Below, in pieces: positions 23,480-36,600 of a DNA stretch of 64,000 nt. The stretch spans positions 48,982,001 through 49,046,000 of the forward strand of contig CM097885.1 in NCBI GenBank assembly GCA_044892525.1. Direction: 5' to 3'. Each line of letters begins with the position of its first letter. Within the stretch, counting starts at the first letter, position 1. The translations under genes were made by a program, and so were the position numbers. The notes below the pieces were generated by a model. It had not been told where the DNA came from and ran no database searches. It saw only the letters and a program-made list of their open reading frames with translations. This stretch comes from Schmidtea polychroa (lineage: Eukaryota).

Positions 23480-26400
23480 TTTAATTAAATTTATTTTGAA
23501 AAATATTATTATCTAACTACACAATCATTGTGCATGCACAAAGTCATGACTAACAAAGATATGCAATCCCATTTGATACCATTTGATTGGCTGATAGAGG
23601 AAAAAGTATTCAGGAATGTGTCTTAATTCTGATTGGTTGAGACATGGAAATATTCATGTTCTATATAAACATTGACAAATTCCAAATTCATCACAATTTT
23701 ATCAAAATTTTCAATTTCTGATTTTTCAAAATTACAAACTTTAAAATGTCTAACAATAACAACAACATATTAAGAAGTCTATTGACTACCGGTAATTTTA
23801 TTATTTATTTATTTATTATATTTTATTCTTTATTTTTTAGATGTGTTCGATTGGTATCAAGTTACTGAGGACGAAAGAATTTTGAATGTTGATAGGATTT
23901 TCGGTAAATTTAAATATTTTATTTTTTATGAAATTATTATTTTATTTAGAACCTATTATAATTAGCGACGATGATGATGTCGTATTTATTGGGCAAACTA
24001 ATGCCCCAGTTTCCTGTAATGTTTTTAATGAACAAAGTAAATTTATTTTATTTTAGTATATTATTTTTTAAAAATCATTTTAGTGTTTAATGTTGACATG
24101 GACGCTGAAATCGATGTTCCAATTAATAATGATTCTATTGAGGAGATGAATAATGCACTGACTTCTATCGATGAGCTGAATTATGTGAATAATACAATCG
24201 AGGAGCTTGTTAATGTGGATAATGCCCTCACTTTTATTGAGGAGGTTGCTGATAATGAATCAGATTCCGACATGGAATCACGATGTTAGTATTTATTTAT
24301 TTTTATATATTTATTTTTTTTTTTTTAAAAACCTTGTAAATTTCTTAAATACTTTTTAAACATTTTCTTTAAAAACTTATTTATAAAAACTTATTATGAA
24401 AATGAAGAAAATATTATGTTGAAATTGAAAATGTTATGTTGACTAAATGATGAAAATATTATGATGAAGAAAATGATGAAAATATTATGATGAAGAAAAT
24501 GATGAAAATATTATGATGAAGAAAATGATGAAAATATTATGATGAAGAAAATGTTTAAAAAGTATTTAAGAAACAATAGTTTTAAAATATTCCTTGTAGT
24601 TTGCAATGAGCAACTACATTAGTTAAAATAATAATAATAATAATAATAATATTAAAAATAGTAATAAAAATATATCTTGTAGTCTGCAGTGAGCATGCAG
24701 CTACATATCTCTTTTATCATGATTGCCCCAATAAATGTAGTCTGCAGTCAGCATGCAGCTACATATCTCTTTTATCATGATTGCCCCAATAAATGTAGTC
24801 TGCAGTGAGCATGCAGCTACATCAAACTAATTATTTATTACGTAATACATACCCTTTATTAAATGTGTCTAAATGCAGCTGCGTCAAACTAAATATTTAT
24901 TACGTAATACATACACTTTATTAAATGTGTCTAAATGCAGCTGCAACAAACTATTTATTACGTAATAATTAACCCTTATTAAATATAGTCTGCATGCAGC
25001 TGCATCAACTATTTATTATGTAATAATTATAATCTTTAAATGTAATCTGCATGCAGCTGCATCAATAATGATAATAATGATAATAATAATAATAATAATA
25101 ATAAAATCACACATTTATAGTTTACAAGACTTTATTAATATAAATACAATTTCATGATTAATATTAATTGATAAATATAATTAACAGGCAAATTATATCC
25201 ACATTACTGCCAGGCTTCAACTGGTCACTCAAATTTATGTCACAAAGTGATGAAAAAATATTATGGTCGTAAATTTTATGGCATCAAGTACTACATATGC
25301 CCAATATGCGAGACTTCCCATAGCATTAAATATTTAGAGTTTTACAGTATACATAAATCCCATTTAAATCAGTTCTCTTTAAATAAAAAGGATTTATTTA
25401 ACAAATTGCGAAATACCGCAAAACCTATAATTAAAACTAATGTAAATAATACAAAACCTGTAAATAATAATACAAAACCTGTAAATAATAATACAAAACC
25501 TGTAAATAATATTACAAAACCTGTAATTAATAATAATACAAAACCTGTAAATAATATTACAAAACCTGTAAATAATAATACAAAACCTGTAAATAATATT
25601 ACAAAACCTGTAAATAATAATAATACAAAACCTGTAAATAATATTACAAAACCTGTAAATAATAATACAAAACATGTAAATAATATTACAAAACCTCTAA
25701 TTAATAATGTTATTAATGTAAATAATAATTTAAAAAGACCTGCTGTTAGTATTGGGTCTGATGCTCCCTCTAAAATTAATAAATTAGAACAAATAACTGT
25801 GGTTAATAATATTCAAGTAGGCGGTTCAGTCGATATTGACGATGAACCTGAAATCGAAATTGATTTTAAGGGGGTTCGAAAGAATCTAAGATTTAATGTA
25901 GAAAAGGATAACATCATTCAAATATCCATAACCGATAAAATCGTTAATAAGTTAAAACATGAAATAATCAGAATGGGGTCGGTGAAAATACAATTCTCTG
26001 TATTGATTCAATTTGAAAAAGATGGTGAAATTAAAGATAATTTCTTCTCGAATAGGGCAGAGGCTTTTTCAGATAGTTTTCTAAGTGAGGGGGTTCACAA
26101 ATTAAATAATAAAATAGAAAAATTCACATATTTGGGTAGTGGATGGCGGGTTGTTAAAATCAAAGAAATAGATTTTATATTAACAAAATTTACACATATG
26201 AATAGGCTAGCTGGACATAGTTACATCCCCACCCCATCATCTTTAAAATCTAAAAATGCAATAGTAAATGTTAAAAACACCGATGATATGTGCTTTATAT
26301 ATAGTATTTTAGCACTTTTAAAACGTAATGTCGTACATAGTCATAGGAACCGTGTTAGTTCCTATGAAAATTATCTTGACGAGTTAAATTTTGACCCCAT

Positions 26401-29400
26401 TTCCGACTGTCCAATGAAACTATGTGATATTCCTAAATTCGAGATGAAAAATAAGGATTTAAATTTAGCAATAAATGTTTTAACTTATAGAACGACCCCT
26501 GCTAAGCCTTTTGAAAATATAGTTGACGATAATTATATTCCACATCATCCTCAATTAGATATTATTCACCGATCTAAGGTTATAGGTGGTGAACCCATAT
26601 ACTTACTTTTATTGGAAGACGGTGATAATTTTCATTACACCGCAGTTTTTAATTTGCAAAGACTAATGAATTGTCGCTCTAGCAGTGAATGTGGCGTTAG
26701 ACTTCAAGTGAACTGGTGCCCCCATTGTCTTAACGGATTTAGACATAAAAATGCATTTGATATTCATGTCGCCTTATGCATTAAAAACCAGATAGGTACT
26801 ACTTTATACACGCTACCCAATGATAAAAATTTAATTTTTCAAAATTATGCGAAAACCATAACCCCACCATTCGTGATATATGCAGACTTTGAATCAATTT
26901 TACCGGGGGATATAATACACCATCAAAAGCATTTGCCAATAACAGCAGGTTTATTATTAATAAATAATTATAATAACTCTAAATTTTATTATGAGTTTGT
27001 TGGGGATGATTGCATCTTATCTTTCTTGCGTAAGGTGGAGGAAATTGCTATGACAATTGTCCTGCCATATTACGAAATTAATGGGAAAAAGCCCATGCAA
27101 ACCTTGTCTTTCGCTGAAGAGCGGGCCTTTCGTGATTCCAGAACCTGCTACCTTTGTAAAAAATTCATTAAGAATAGAGTTAGGGATCATTGTCACTTTT
27201 CAGGTAAGTATCTTGGTGCTGCCTGTAGGAAATGTAATGTTTCTCGACGAATTCAGAAACAGTTACCTGTGGTTTTTCACAATTTGAGGGGGTATGATCT
27301 TCATCATATTTTGAAGTATGGTTTGAATAATTTTCCTTCTTGGGAATTAAATATTATTCCGACCACTACTGAGAAATTCATCTCTCTTATCGCGTACATT
27401 AACAAATTGTCTGTTCGTTTTATTGACAGCATGCAGTTTGTTAATTCATCTTTAGCAAAAGCGGTTAAGACTCTTTCCGATCTGCCTTTAACTTCTTCTG
27501 TTTTCGATGGCGCAATTGTTCGAGCCAAAGGTATCTTTCCTTATGACTTTGCCACATCTCTTGAGGTTCTGGAATCGACTCTTGAATTGCCTCCTATTTG
27601 GGATTCTGTGTCTAATGATGAATATGCATTAGCCCAAGTTATTTGGACTCAGCAAAACTGCAACAACATGTTAGATTACATGTTAATCTACCTTAAATTA
27701 GACGTGTTTCTCCTCGCAGACTATTTTCAACAATTCCGTGAAAAGGCCATTGCTTACAATGGTCTTGAGCCTCTTAATTTCTATGGCATTCCCGGTATGT
27801 CTTGGGCCTCTGCGCTTATGACATTAACGGAACCCATTGAACTTCTGCAGGACATGGAAATGTTTAATTTCTATGAAGGAGGGATACGGGGTGGGTTAAC
27901 ATTTGTTAACAAACATTATGTTGCAAGTTCTGAAGACACAGAACTCTTGTATATTGATATTAATAACTTGTATGGTTGGGCCTTAAGCCAAAATCTGCCT
28001 TATGCTGACTTTGTTTGGGTGTATGATGATCTTGATTCTGTCTTGAATGAATGTATAAATGCTGATATCGATAACCTTCCATATGGCTATACTATGGAGG
28101 TAGATATCGATATACCTGTTTGTTTGCATGACTTTCTGAATGATTTTCCTCTTGCTCCTGAAAAGATGTGCCCGCCAAATTCTAAAGTTGAGAAGCTGAT
28201 GCTCACGCATTGGCCGAAGAAGAACCATGTTCTTCATTGGCGACTTCTCAAGTTGTATATAGAATTGGGGGCTATTATTAAAAATGTACATAGAGCAATC
28301 AAATTTAAGCATGCACCCATTTTCAAATCTTACATAGACAAAAACACTAATTTGAGAGCCAATTCTACATGCGAATTATATAGGGATCTATACAAATTAT
28401 TTAATAATAGTCTGTATGGGAAATCCGTAGAAAACCTTAAAAAACGGATGAATTTGAGGCTATGCAATTCAGCTGAAAAGATGATTGTATATGCTTCAAA
28501 GCCGACTTTCAAGAAATCTATCAAAATTGATGATGACTTGATTGCTGCACATCTATATAAGGATTCTATATGTTTAGACAGGCCTAGTTACATTGGCCAA
28601 ACGGTGCTAGACCTGTCTAAACTGAGGATGTACCAGTTACAGTATAAAGAATTGGCTAAATATAGAAATGAATTTAAATGTGAGATAAATATCGTTGCCG
28701 GCGATACTGACTCCTTTTTTCTTGAGGTTAGGCACTGTAAGCTTGACATTCTTTTGCCGGCAATGATTCGTGACAATCTTTTAGACACTTCCAACTATGA
28801 CCCTGCACATCCCTTATACTCTAGAAACCTTGATTCTGTGATAGGTAAATTTAAAGATGAAAGTAAAGGTCTAGGGTATAAGGAATGGGTTTTCTTAAGA
28901 CCCAAGTGCTATAGTTTGTTAGGGGCTAAAGATCATTTAAAAGCAAAAGGAGTCAGGTTAATAGGTACAGAAATTAGGCACGATTCATATTTAGAATGCT
29001 ACAATAACAACGTAGTATTTTCTGTGCCACAAAGTAGGATAGGGACGCGGAACCATCAATTGTACACATTTAAAAACAATAAAATCGCGTTGACAAACAA
29101 CGACGACAAGCGGTTTTGGGTGGGGAAAAATTCCAGTCTCGCATTTGGTCATTATTTAGCACTAGATGATATAAATGATGACCAAATATTTGAAGAAGTT
29201 GGGCCACTATTCGGAAGATTAAGTCCAGATTTTGTTTCTGGTGATGAGGAAGTGGGTCCACTTTTCAATGGTTTAAGTCCAGATTTCGATTCTGGTGATG
29301 ATCCTAATGATAAAAGAGATATAGATGATATTTTATTGTCAGACTAAACTGTGATAAATGTTAATATATCTTTAATAAAACGTTTCTTCTACATTGTTGT

Positions 29401-32400
29401 ATTATCTAAAATTTTTATTGAAAACTTGTTATAGTTTTCACATTTCTTACAAATGTTAAACACTTGTATAAATATATTTATTAATATTGATAAAGTTTTT
29501 ATAAATCATGTTTAACTATTGAAAGAAATTTTTATTTGAAATGTATGTATGAGCTCACCACTACATATATGAGTTGAGTGTACATTTAAAGTATAATATT
29601 TAGAATTTAGAAAGTTTTACCTTGAATATTTTTACCAGTACCTTTGTGAACAATAACCATGTGACTTGTTGAGTGTGAGTAGTACCCTTGCTAGCAATAC
29701 CCATAGGGAGACAGAATATCTTGTCGGATAGATTATATATATATAATAATAATAATAATAAAACTTAGAAACTAAAAACTTAGAAAATAATAATTATTTT
29801 AATAAATGACCTTGAAAAATTAAATGACCTTGAAAAGTAAATGACCTTGAAAATTAAATGACCTTGAAAAAATAAATGACCTTGAAAATTAAATGACCTT
29901 GAAAATAAAAAGATTACTTAATTAAAACAAAAAATTAAATTAAAAAAAATGACCTTGACCTTGATGAGTCATATGACCTTGGGAATGACCTTGATGAGTC
30001 ATCATTCTAAAAATATTAGACATCGTTGGGTGAGTCATTGGGTGAGTCATTCTCTTTGTTAATATTAATGATGATGATACCTTCTATGGCTCATTCGAAA
30101 GGTCTTGGACTGAGCTTTAAGATGAGGTATCGTCCAATAAATTCGGATAATGGGAACATTAATTTTTGGGATGAAAAAGAGTAGGGGCCCTCCCGGCCAA
30201 TTAATAATATTTTGGAAAATAATAATAATTTAACGTTGAAAAGATGGTGGTCATCAATTGTTAATAACTTTGTCAATAATAATGATGATGATACCTTCTA
30301 TGAATCAATCGAAAGGTCTTGCATTGGGCTTTAAAATGAGCTATCGTTGAATAATTATCGTTGTCGGGAACTCTGTACATTTAAATTTTAAAATATGACC
30401 TTGAAAAAATAAATGACCTTGAAAAAATAAATGACCTTGACCTTGAAAATAATATTTTGAAAAATAAATGACCTTGAAAAATGGTCTCGGTAAAACTTTA
30501 ATAACTTTGCCGATGTTAATGATGATGATACCTTCTATGGCTCAATTGAAAGGTCTTAGACTACGCTTCAAAATAAGCTATCGATTAATAAATTCGGATA
30601 ATGGCAACATTAATTTTTGGGATGAGAAAAAGTATGTCCCCGCCCGGCCAATTAATAATATTTTGAATAATAATAATAATTTAACGTTGAAAAGATGGTG
30701 GTCATCAAATGTTAATAACATTAAAACTATTAAAGATATATATGATACCTATAGCTCATTCGAAAGGTCTTGGACTGGGCTTTAAGATGAGGTATCATCC
30801 AATAAAATCCGTTGGTGGGAACATTAATTTTTGGGATGAAAAAAAGTGTGAGCCCGCCAGGCCAATTAATTAAAACAAAAAATTTAAAAAAAAATTTTTT
30901 TCCCGGGGGGGGGGGGGGAGGGGGTATATGTGGCGCGGGGAGCTCCTGGTCTGGGGAGCTCCAATCCTACTACTTCAAAAGAACATTCAAATCAATAAAA
31001 AAATCGATGCAAGCGACGATGGAAAACAAAAATTGAGATGAAGTGACGAAGAGTGTTGAATATGGTTGCAAATGTCTCCCACAAAAATCAGCCAAATTTT
31101 CATAATTTGAAGTTTTATTTGGATGAAAGTTATTAACTGGAATATTGATTGATAAAATGCATTCTGATGTCATAGAAACATGTATACCATAAAAATATTT
31201 GATAAATTAAAAGATTATTATTATTACGCATCAGTACAAACTATATTTGTTTTAATTATCAAAAAAAACGCTTATTATTTAATATACATTATTAGAAACA
31301 TAATTTCTTTGTTTCTACTTGATTAATCAAATTAATTAATAATTCAACTTTGGCCCAAAGGATAGTTTTGATTTGAACTCGATCGGTGATTAACGTGTTA
31401 AATCATTAAAACAATATAATTTATATTGTAGTAAATCTGCAAACTGTTGTAAAAATAAAGGTTATTTTGTAAACTAGTATGCTTAATTTTATTATTATTA
31501 TTCCAATTATTTCAGCAAGCAATTAGAAAATTACGGTAAATTTTAGATTATTTAATTTCTTTATTATTTAATGTAAAAGTGGTGCTGAATTGTGAGCTTT
31601 ACCCCAGGTTTCGTGATCGTTACTAGTTTTGTTTTTGATGTGTTCATTGAGTCGTTCGAGTTCGGAATGTTCTATGTGTTTCCCCTATGTTCCTTGCGTT
31701 ACATCTTGTGCAATATAAAATACATTCACATTGTAAAATTAAATTTTTCTAGTAATATTATAGTAATTATTCAAACGGTGCACGATCGTAAGATGTAAAA
31801 TGAACATAGTTTAGCTTCATACAATTTAAATTTAAGTCACAAAAACGTTATTAAAAAATAGTATTTATAATACCTAATCAAAAATTGTGATATGACCCAT
31901 AATATAGTGTAAAAGAATATTCCAAAGGAAATAATATTATAATATATATTTACAACGGTTACATGATGAAATTACATAAGACGAAATTACATAGGAAGAA
32001 ATTACATAAGAAAAATTACATAGGAAAAAATTACATAGGAAAAAATTACATAAGAAAGAATTACACAAAATTATTATTGCAAAGTAAAAATTGCATTAAA
32101 TAAATAGTTATTGTTGATTCGTTCTATTATATATACTCGGAGTTTATCCGACAGAATGTTTTGACCCCTTAAAGGTACTGGTCATAAGGGTACTGGTCGT
32201 AAGGGTATTGGTCACACTCAACCATTATTGGTTACATGATGAAATTACATAAGACGAAAAATTATAATTAATAATATTTATAAAGAAACTACAAATTTTA
32301 TATTATGCTTAATTAAAAACAATAAATTTAAAATAAATTTAAATAATAAATTTAAATAAATACTACTTCTGTGTAATTTTTTTTGTGTAATTTCTTCCTA

Positions 32401-33569
32401 TGTAATTTCGTCTTATGTAATTTCTTCTCTATGTAATTTCTTCTCTATGTAATTTCGTCTTATGTAATTTTTTCTTATGTCATTTCTTCCTATGTAATTT
32501 CGTCCTATGTAATTTCTTCCTAACACCATTTACAACGTGTTGAAATCTAATGTGAACAACATCGTCTTGGAAACAGATCTGCAGTATAAAACTGATTTGA
32601 AAATCTTCCAAATCTGTGGGTCAGAGAATATGAATGGTTTCCAAAGCTATTTTAGTGGAAATTTTTTTCTCGAGATTCTTTGGATTTTTTTATATACTTA
32701 TAAATTACTATAACTAACCACTCAAAATGACGGCCTTTTCCATGTTTAAATTTTGGGCTTTGGATAATTAGTTATGAACTAGCGGTGTATAAATCAAAAC
32801 ACAAGTCTCTTTTAAAAAGCATTTTTATAATTAAAATTTTAATGATAAACATGTGGAATTTTTTTTATAAAAAGATAATGAATAACTAATAATTGATTAG
32901 TTATTGAAAAGGACTATTTTTATAGTTGATAATGCTTTCATTTTATTGATTATATATTTCGCGGCAAAAGGCTTAAATTATCATTCAATTGTTTAAAATA
33001 ATCAGTATTCATTTTAAACATTTAAATAGAGTTACAGTCATACATTGTTGCATAAAAAATTATTTATTTAGAACAGTGTTGTTCAAACTTTTTTGAGCCA
33101 CGGCACACTTGGCTGAATTAAAAATTTTCGCGGCACACCTAATTTTTTTTTTGCATTATTTGCAATTTTTATTGCACTTTTACTAATCTTTTAAACTAAA
33201 AAATATTATTATTTAATATTTAAGATTCTAAATAAACATAATTAAGCTGCTTACGTATTTTAGATAGTCAATATTTCTAGTAAGAAATATAAATATGATT
33301 GTAAACAAATAAATTTCGCACTTGATTGACTGATTAACATTTAAATTTGAAATAACTGTTAAAATATCCACAATTCAATTTCCTTTTATTAAGTTGTTTG
33401 GAAAAACAGTGTTTTTTTACTTTTTTTTTAAAAAAAATTTCACGACACACCTGGGCACCCGCCACAGCACACAGTTTGGACAACACTGATTTAGAATATA
33501 ACATGCTATCATGTATATGCATTTTTCAAGAATTTTAAAATATAGTATTAAAAATAATTACCAATAATA

Positions 33570-33624
<55 letters not shown>

Positions 33625-36600
33625 TATTATAAGAACTTTTTCCAATCTCAGCACTGATATTTTTTCCATTGTATTTTTTAAAAAGATCTTGAAGACTATA
33701 AAACATTATATGTATCAAAAACAATTTTAACATTTTCAAAAACGAAGAAACCAGCGAAATAAATAGAATATTGTACATTGTAAGTTGTATATAATATGAT
33801 CTGCTGGGTTAAATAATGTAAAATGTAAATATGCAATAATTTACTATTTACTATATAATATAGTAAAATTTAAGCTCTCTTCTAGTGAAGAAATAAAAAT
33901 CGTGTTAGTAATGTGTATTCACGCAGAGTTCTAGTAGCAACAAATGTTTGACGTTTGACCAATAATTGCTGATTTCTATATTGGAATATGTTAAAGGTCA
34001 AAGTTTTTTGTGTGCTTATTCACCAAAAAATGTATTTTTAATATTAAATAAGTCATTATAAATTCTAAATAAATGAAATTTAATTTCAAATGGCCATATC
34101 GAAGAAAAGACTTTGCAAATTTACAGATAAGTTAAAATATGAATTAAAAAAAATTATTTTTATATGAACATGTCCCTCATTTCAATAAAAAAATATCTGG
34201 TCAGTATCATATTATATATTAAAAATTTTTATGTTTCTGGCCTTTAATCTGTTTTCATTTTTTGATATTTGATTTATTTTCGTTTTGGCAAGATCAAAAA
34301 TTTTGTAGTTTAAAATTAAATTTTTGATCTTGTGTCAAAATGAAAATAAATGAAATATCATTAATAATCCTCCTTGTTTGATTATCTGTTTTTATAATTA
34401 GCTTTTTATTATTATTTCTTTTTTATTTTTAGCGAAAGATATCAAAATACTTGAATCTGATAAAGAGGATTTTGAATCAAAACTTAAGCGTAAAGATTTT
34501 TTTATATTGAAATTTGTATAATATATGTAAATGAAAAATAATTTTAAATTGATATATTATATTTTTTACAAATATATTCTAAAATATGAAATTTTAATGG
34601 ACGAAATTTGATTAGAGTTAAAAAGGTTATTGATTACACTGATTATGAACATCATGTTACTTTTTAAATTTGATCAATATTGTCATACTTTTTGTAGCTA
34701 CTTTATATATTGATATTATAAGAATTTCTTTTGATTTTCAATTGACATTATATTTATTAAAAAATTGACTATGAATCAGTAAAAAATCATTATCTATTGA
34801 TTTAAAAAATATGGAAAAAATTAATTTATTTTGTATTGTAAATTGTATTTGTTAATTTTAAATAATATTGAGTTTTAAATTATTTGATACGAATTTTTAA
34901 ATGTCCCTGAAATTTATGTTAGTTGAAAGTTGACGGTTTGATAAAAAGAGTTTTTGCGGCTTATCTTTGTAATGTATTTTTATACACGTCTTGGAATATT
35001 GTTTCGTGTAACAGTGGTGCTGATTGGTGAACTCAGGTGCGAATGGTTGGAGTTAACCACTACGGAGAAACTGATGCTAAAGTATTTTCAGCGAGTCGTG
35101 TGTTGTTTATACATATGCAAAATGATTAAACATTGTTTTATAAATAATATATTTAGTAATATTAAAATCAGTAATTAAAAATATCCACTTAAACCTCTAA
35201 ATATTGTAATACTAGGTTTAACTTGTGAAAAATCACGGGGCGAAACAAAGAAACTGAGATAACTCTCACATAAAGATAAAAGACAATTTCAATTATTTCA
35301 AATTATTATTAAAAATACGTGTACAAATAGAACAATTTTAATTTAAATAATCCTATTTTTCATTTGGATTCATTTTTTGAAATAAAATTTTTCCAATCCA
35401 ATTATTCAGTTCTAAAAAAAACAGTTATATTACTAATAATATTTATATTTTTTGAGGTTTTTAAACTTTTTTCAAATATTTTTTTCTCGTTTTATTACAA
35501 CTATTTTAGTATTAAATAAGAAAATGATATTAACACTTTCACAAATAATTTAAATGATTTACACAAATTTACATACCTGTTAGTAAATGTTCATAAAACT
35601 AATTTCGAGTGTAATAAATTTGAAATAAAATATATTCACAACATGTAGTTTCATAAAATTAAGAAGGAAGATATTAAAAACCATCGAAATGTGTTTATTG
35701 TAGCTCAACAATTACTTAACTCGTATATAATATTGTAATGTTAATGATCGAATTAATGACAGTTGCACTTGTTCTTTGTTAATACCTAGCAAAATCACAA
35801 TGCTACACATCACAGACATTCATTCATACATACATACGCTAGCTAATTATATTATTTTGATATTTTTAATTTCCAGAAAAGGATAATGCTTTACAAACTA
35901 TGAAAACGAAAATTAATATAGGCTTAGAAAGGTAATTTTTAAACTTTTCATTTTTGATTTTTTTTAAATAAATTTTTTTCTCATAATCATATAAACCGGT
36001 GATTTTCAAATAGTTTTCTGTGAGAAAACTCAAGGGTTCCGTGGGAAAAGAAGCTCTGACACTAGATATTGTCTATTTTAAAATGTCTCCAACGTATGAT
36101 TTCTAATTTAATTCAAATTGTTTGTCCATTCGTCAAATAAATTGTAACGTACGTTAATAATTTCAATCAAATTCATCTAAAAATCGCTGAAGATTGGCTT
36201 TAATAATAAAGATTTGGCATTAAATTTTAAAAAAAATTTATTCCCAATCTTTAAATTTTGAGCTTTTTAATTGTTCGAGTTTCGCCAAAGAAAAATTGGC
36301 ATTTTAGCGCTCCGTGAACAGAAATAGTTTTGGAAACAATCAGAAAGTAGTGATATTTGCTAAAAACCTTTTTACAATTAGACTAACTATTCAAATAAGT
36401 GCAATAATTTCGTTAATCCAAAGAATTAATGAAAATAAATACACCAATACCTCGGTTTGTGTGAGTTTTGTTTTGCGTTTTACCACTTTGTGTGATAATT
36501 TATTTTCTTCCTCAGCTTAAGTTTACGTTGCCATTTGATCACCTTTGTGTTAAAAAAATAAAATTAAAAAATCTCAAAAGCGATGTGAATATGGCTTATT

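Larger units (their letters stand above)
14624..30974 (+). mobile_element. Full-length Maverick/Polinton (endogenous polintovirus/adintovirus-like), 16351 bp
   Basis: Ends AGTAGTAGGATTGG..CCAATCCTACTACT; 6-bp TSD TCAAAA (14618-14623, 30975-30980); long TIRs; ATPase, integrase, penton, MCP, protease and pPolB all with open frames. Confidence 0.98.

Noticed and set aside
27057..29261. Short alternative-frame and antisense ORFs within pPolB, the ATPase, the penton and the hAT transposase
   Set aside because: Shadow ORFs of real coding sequence without independent motifs
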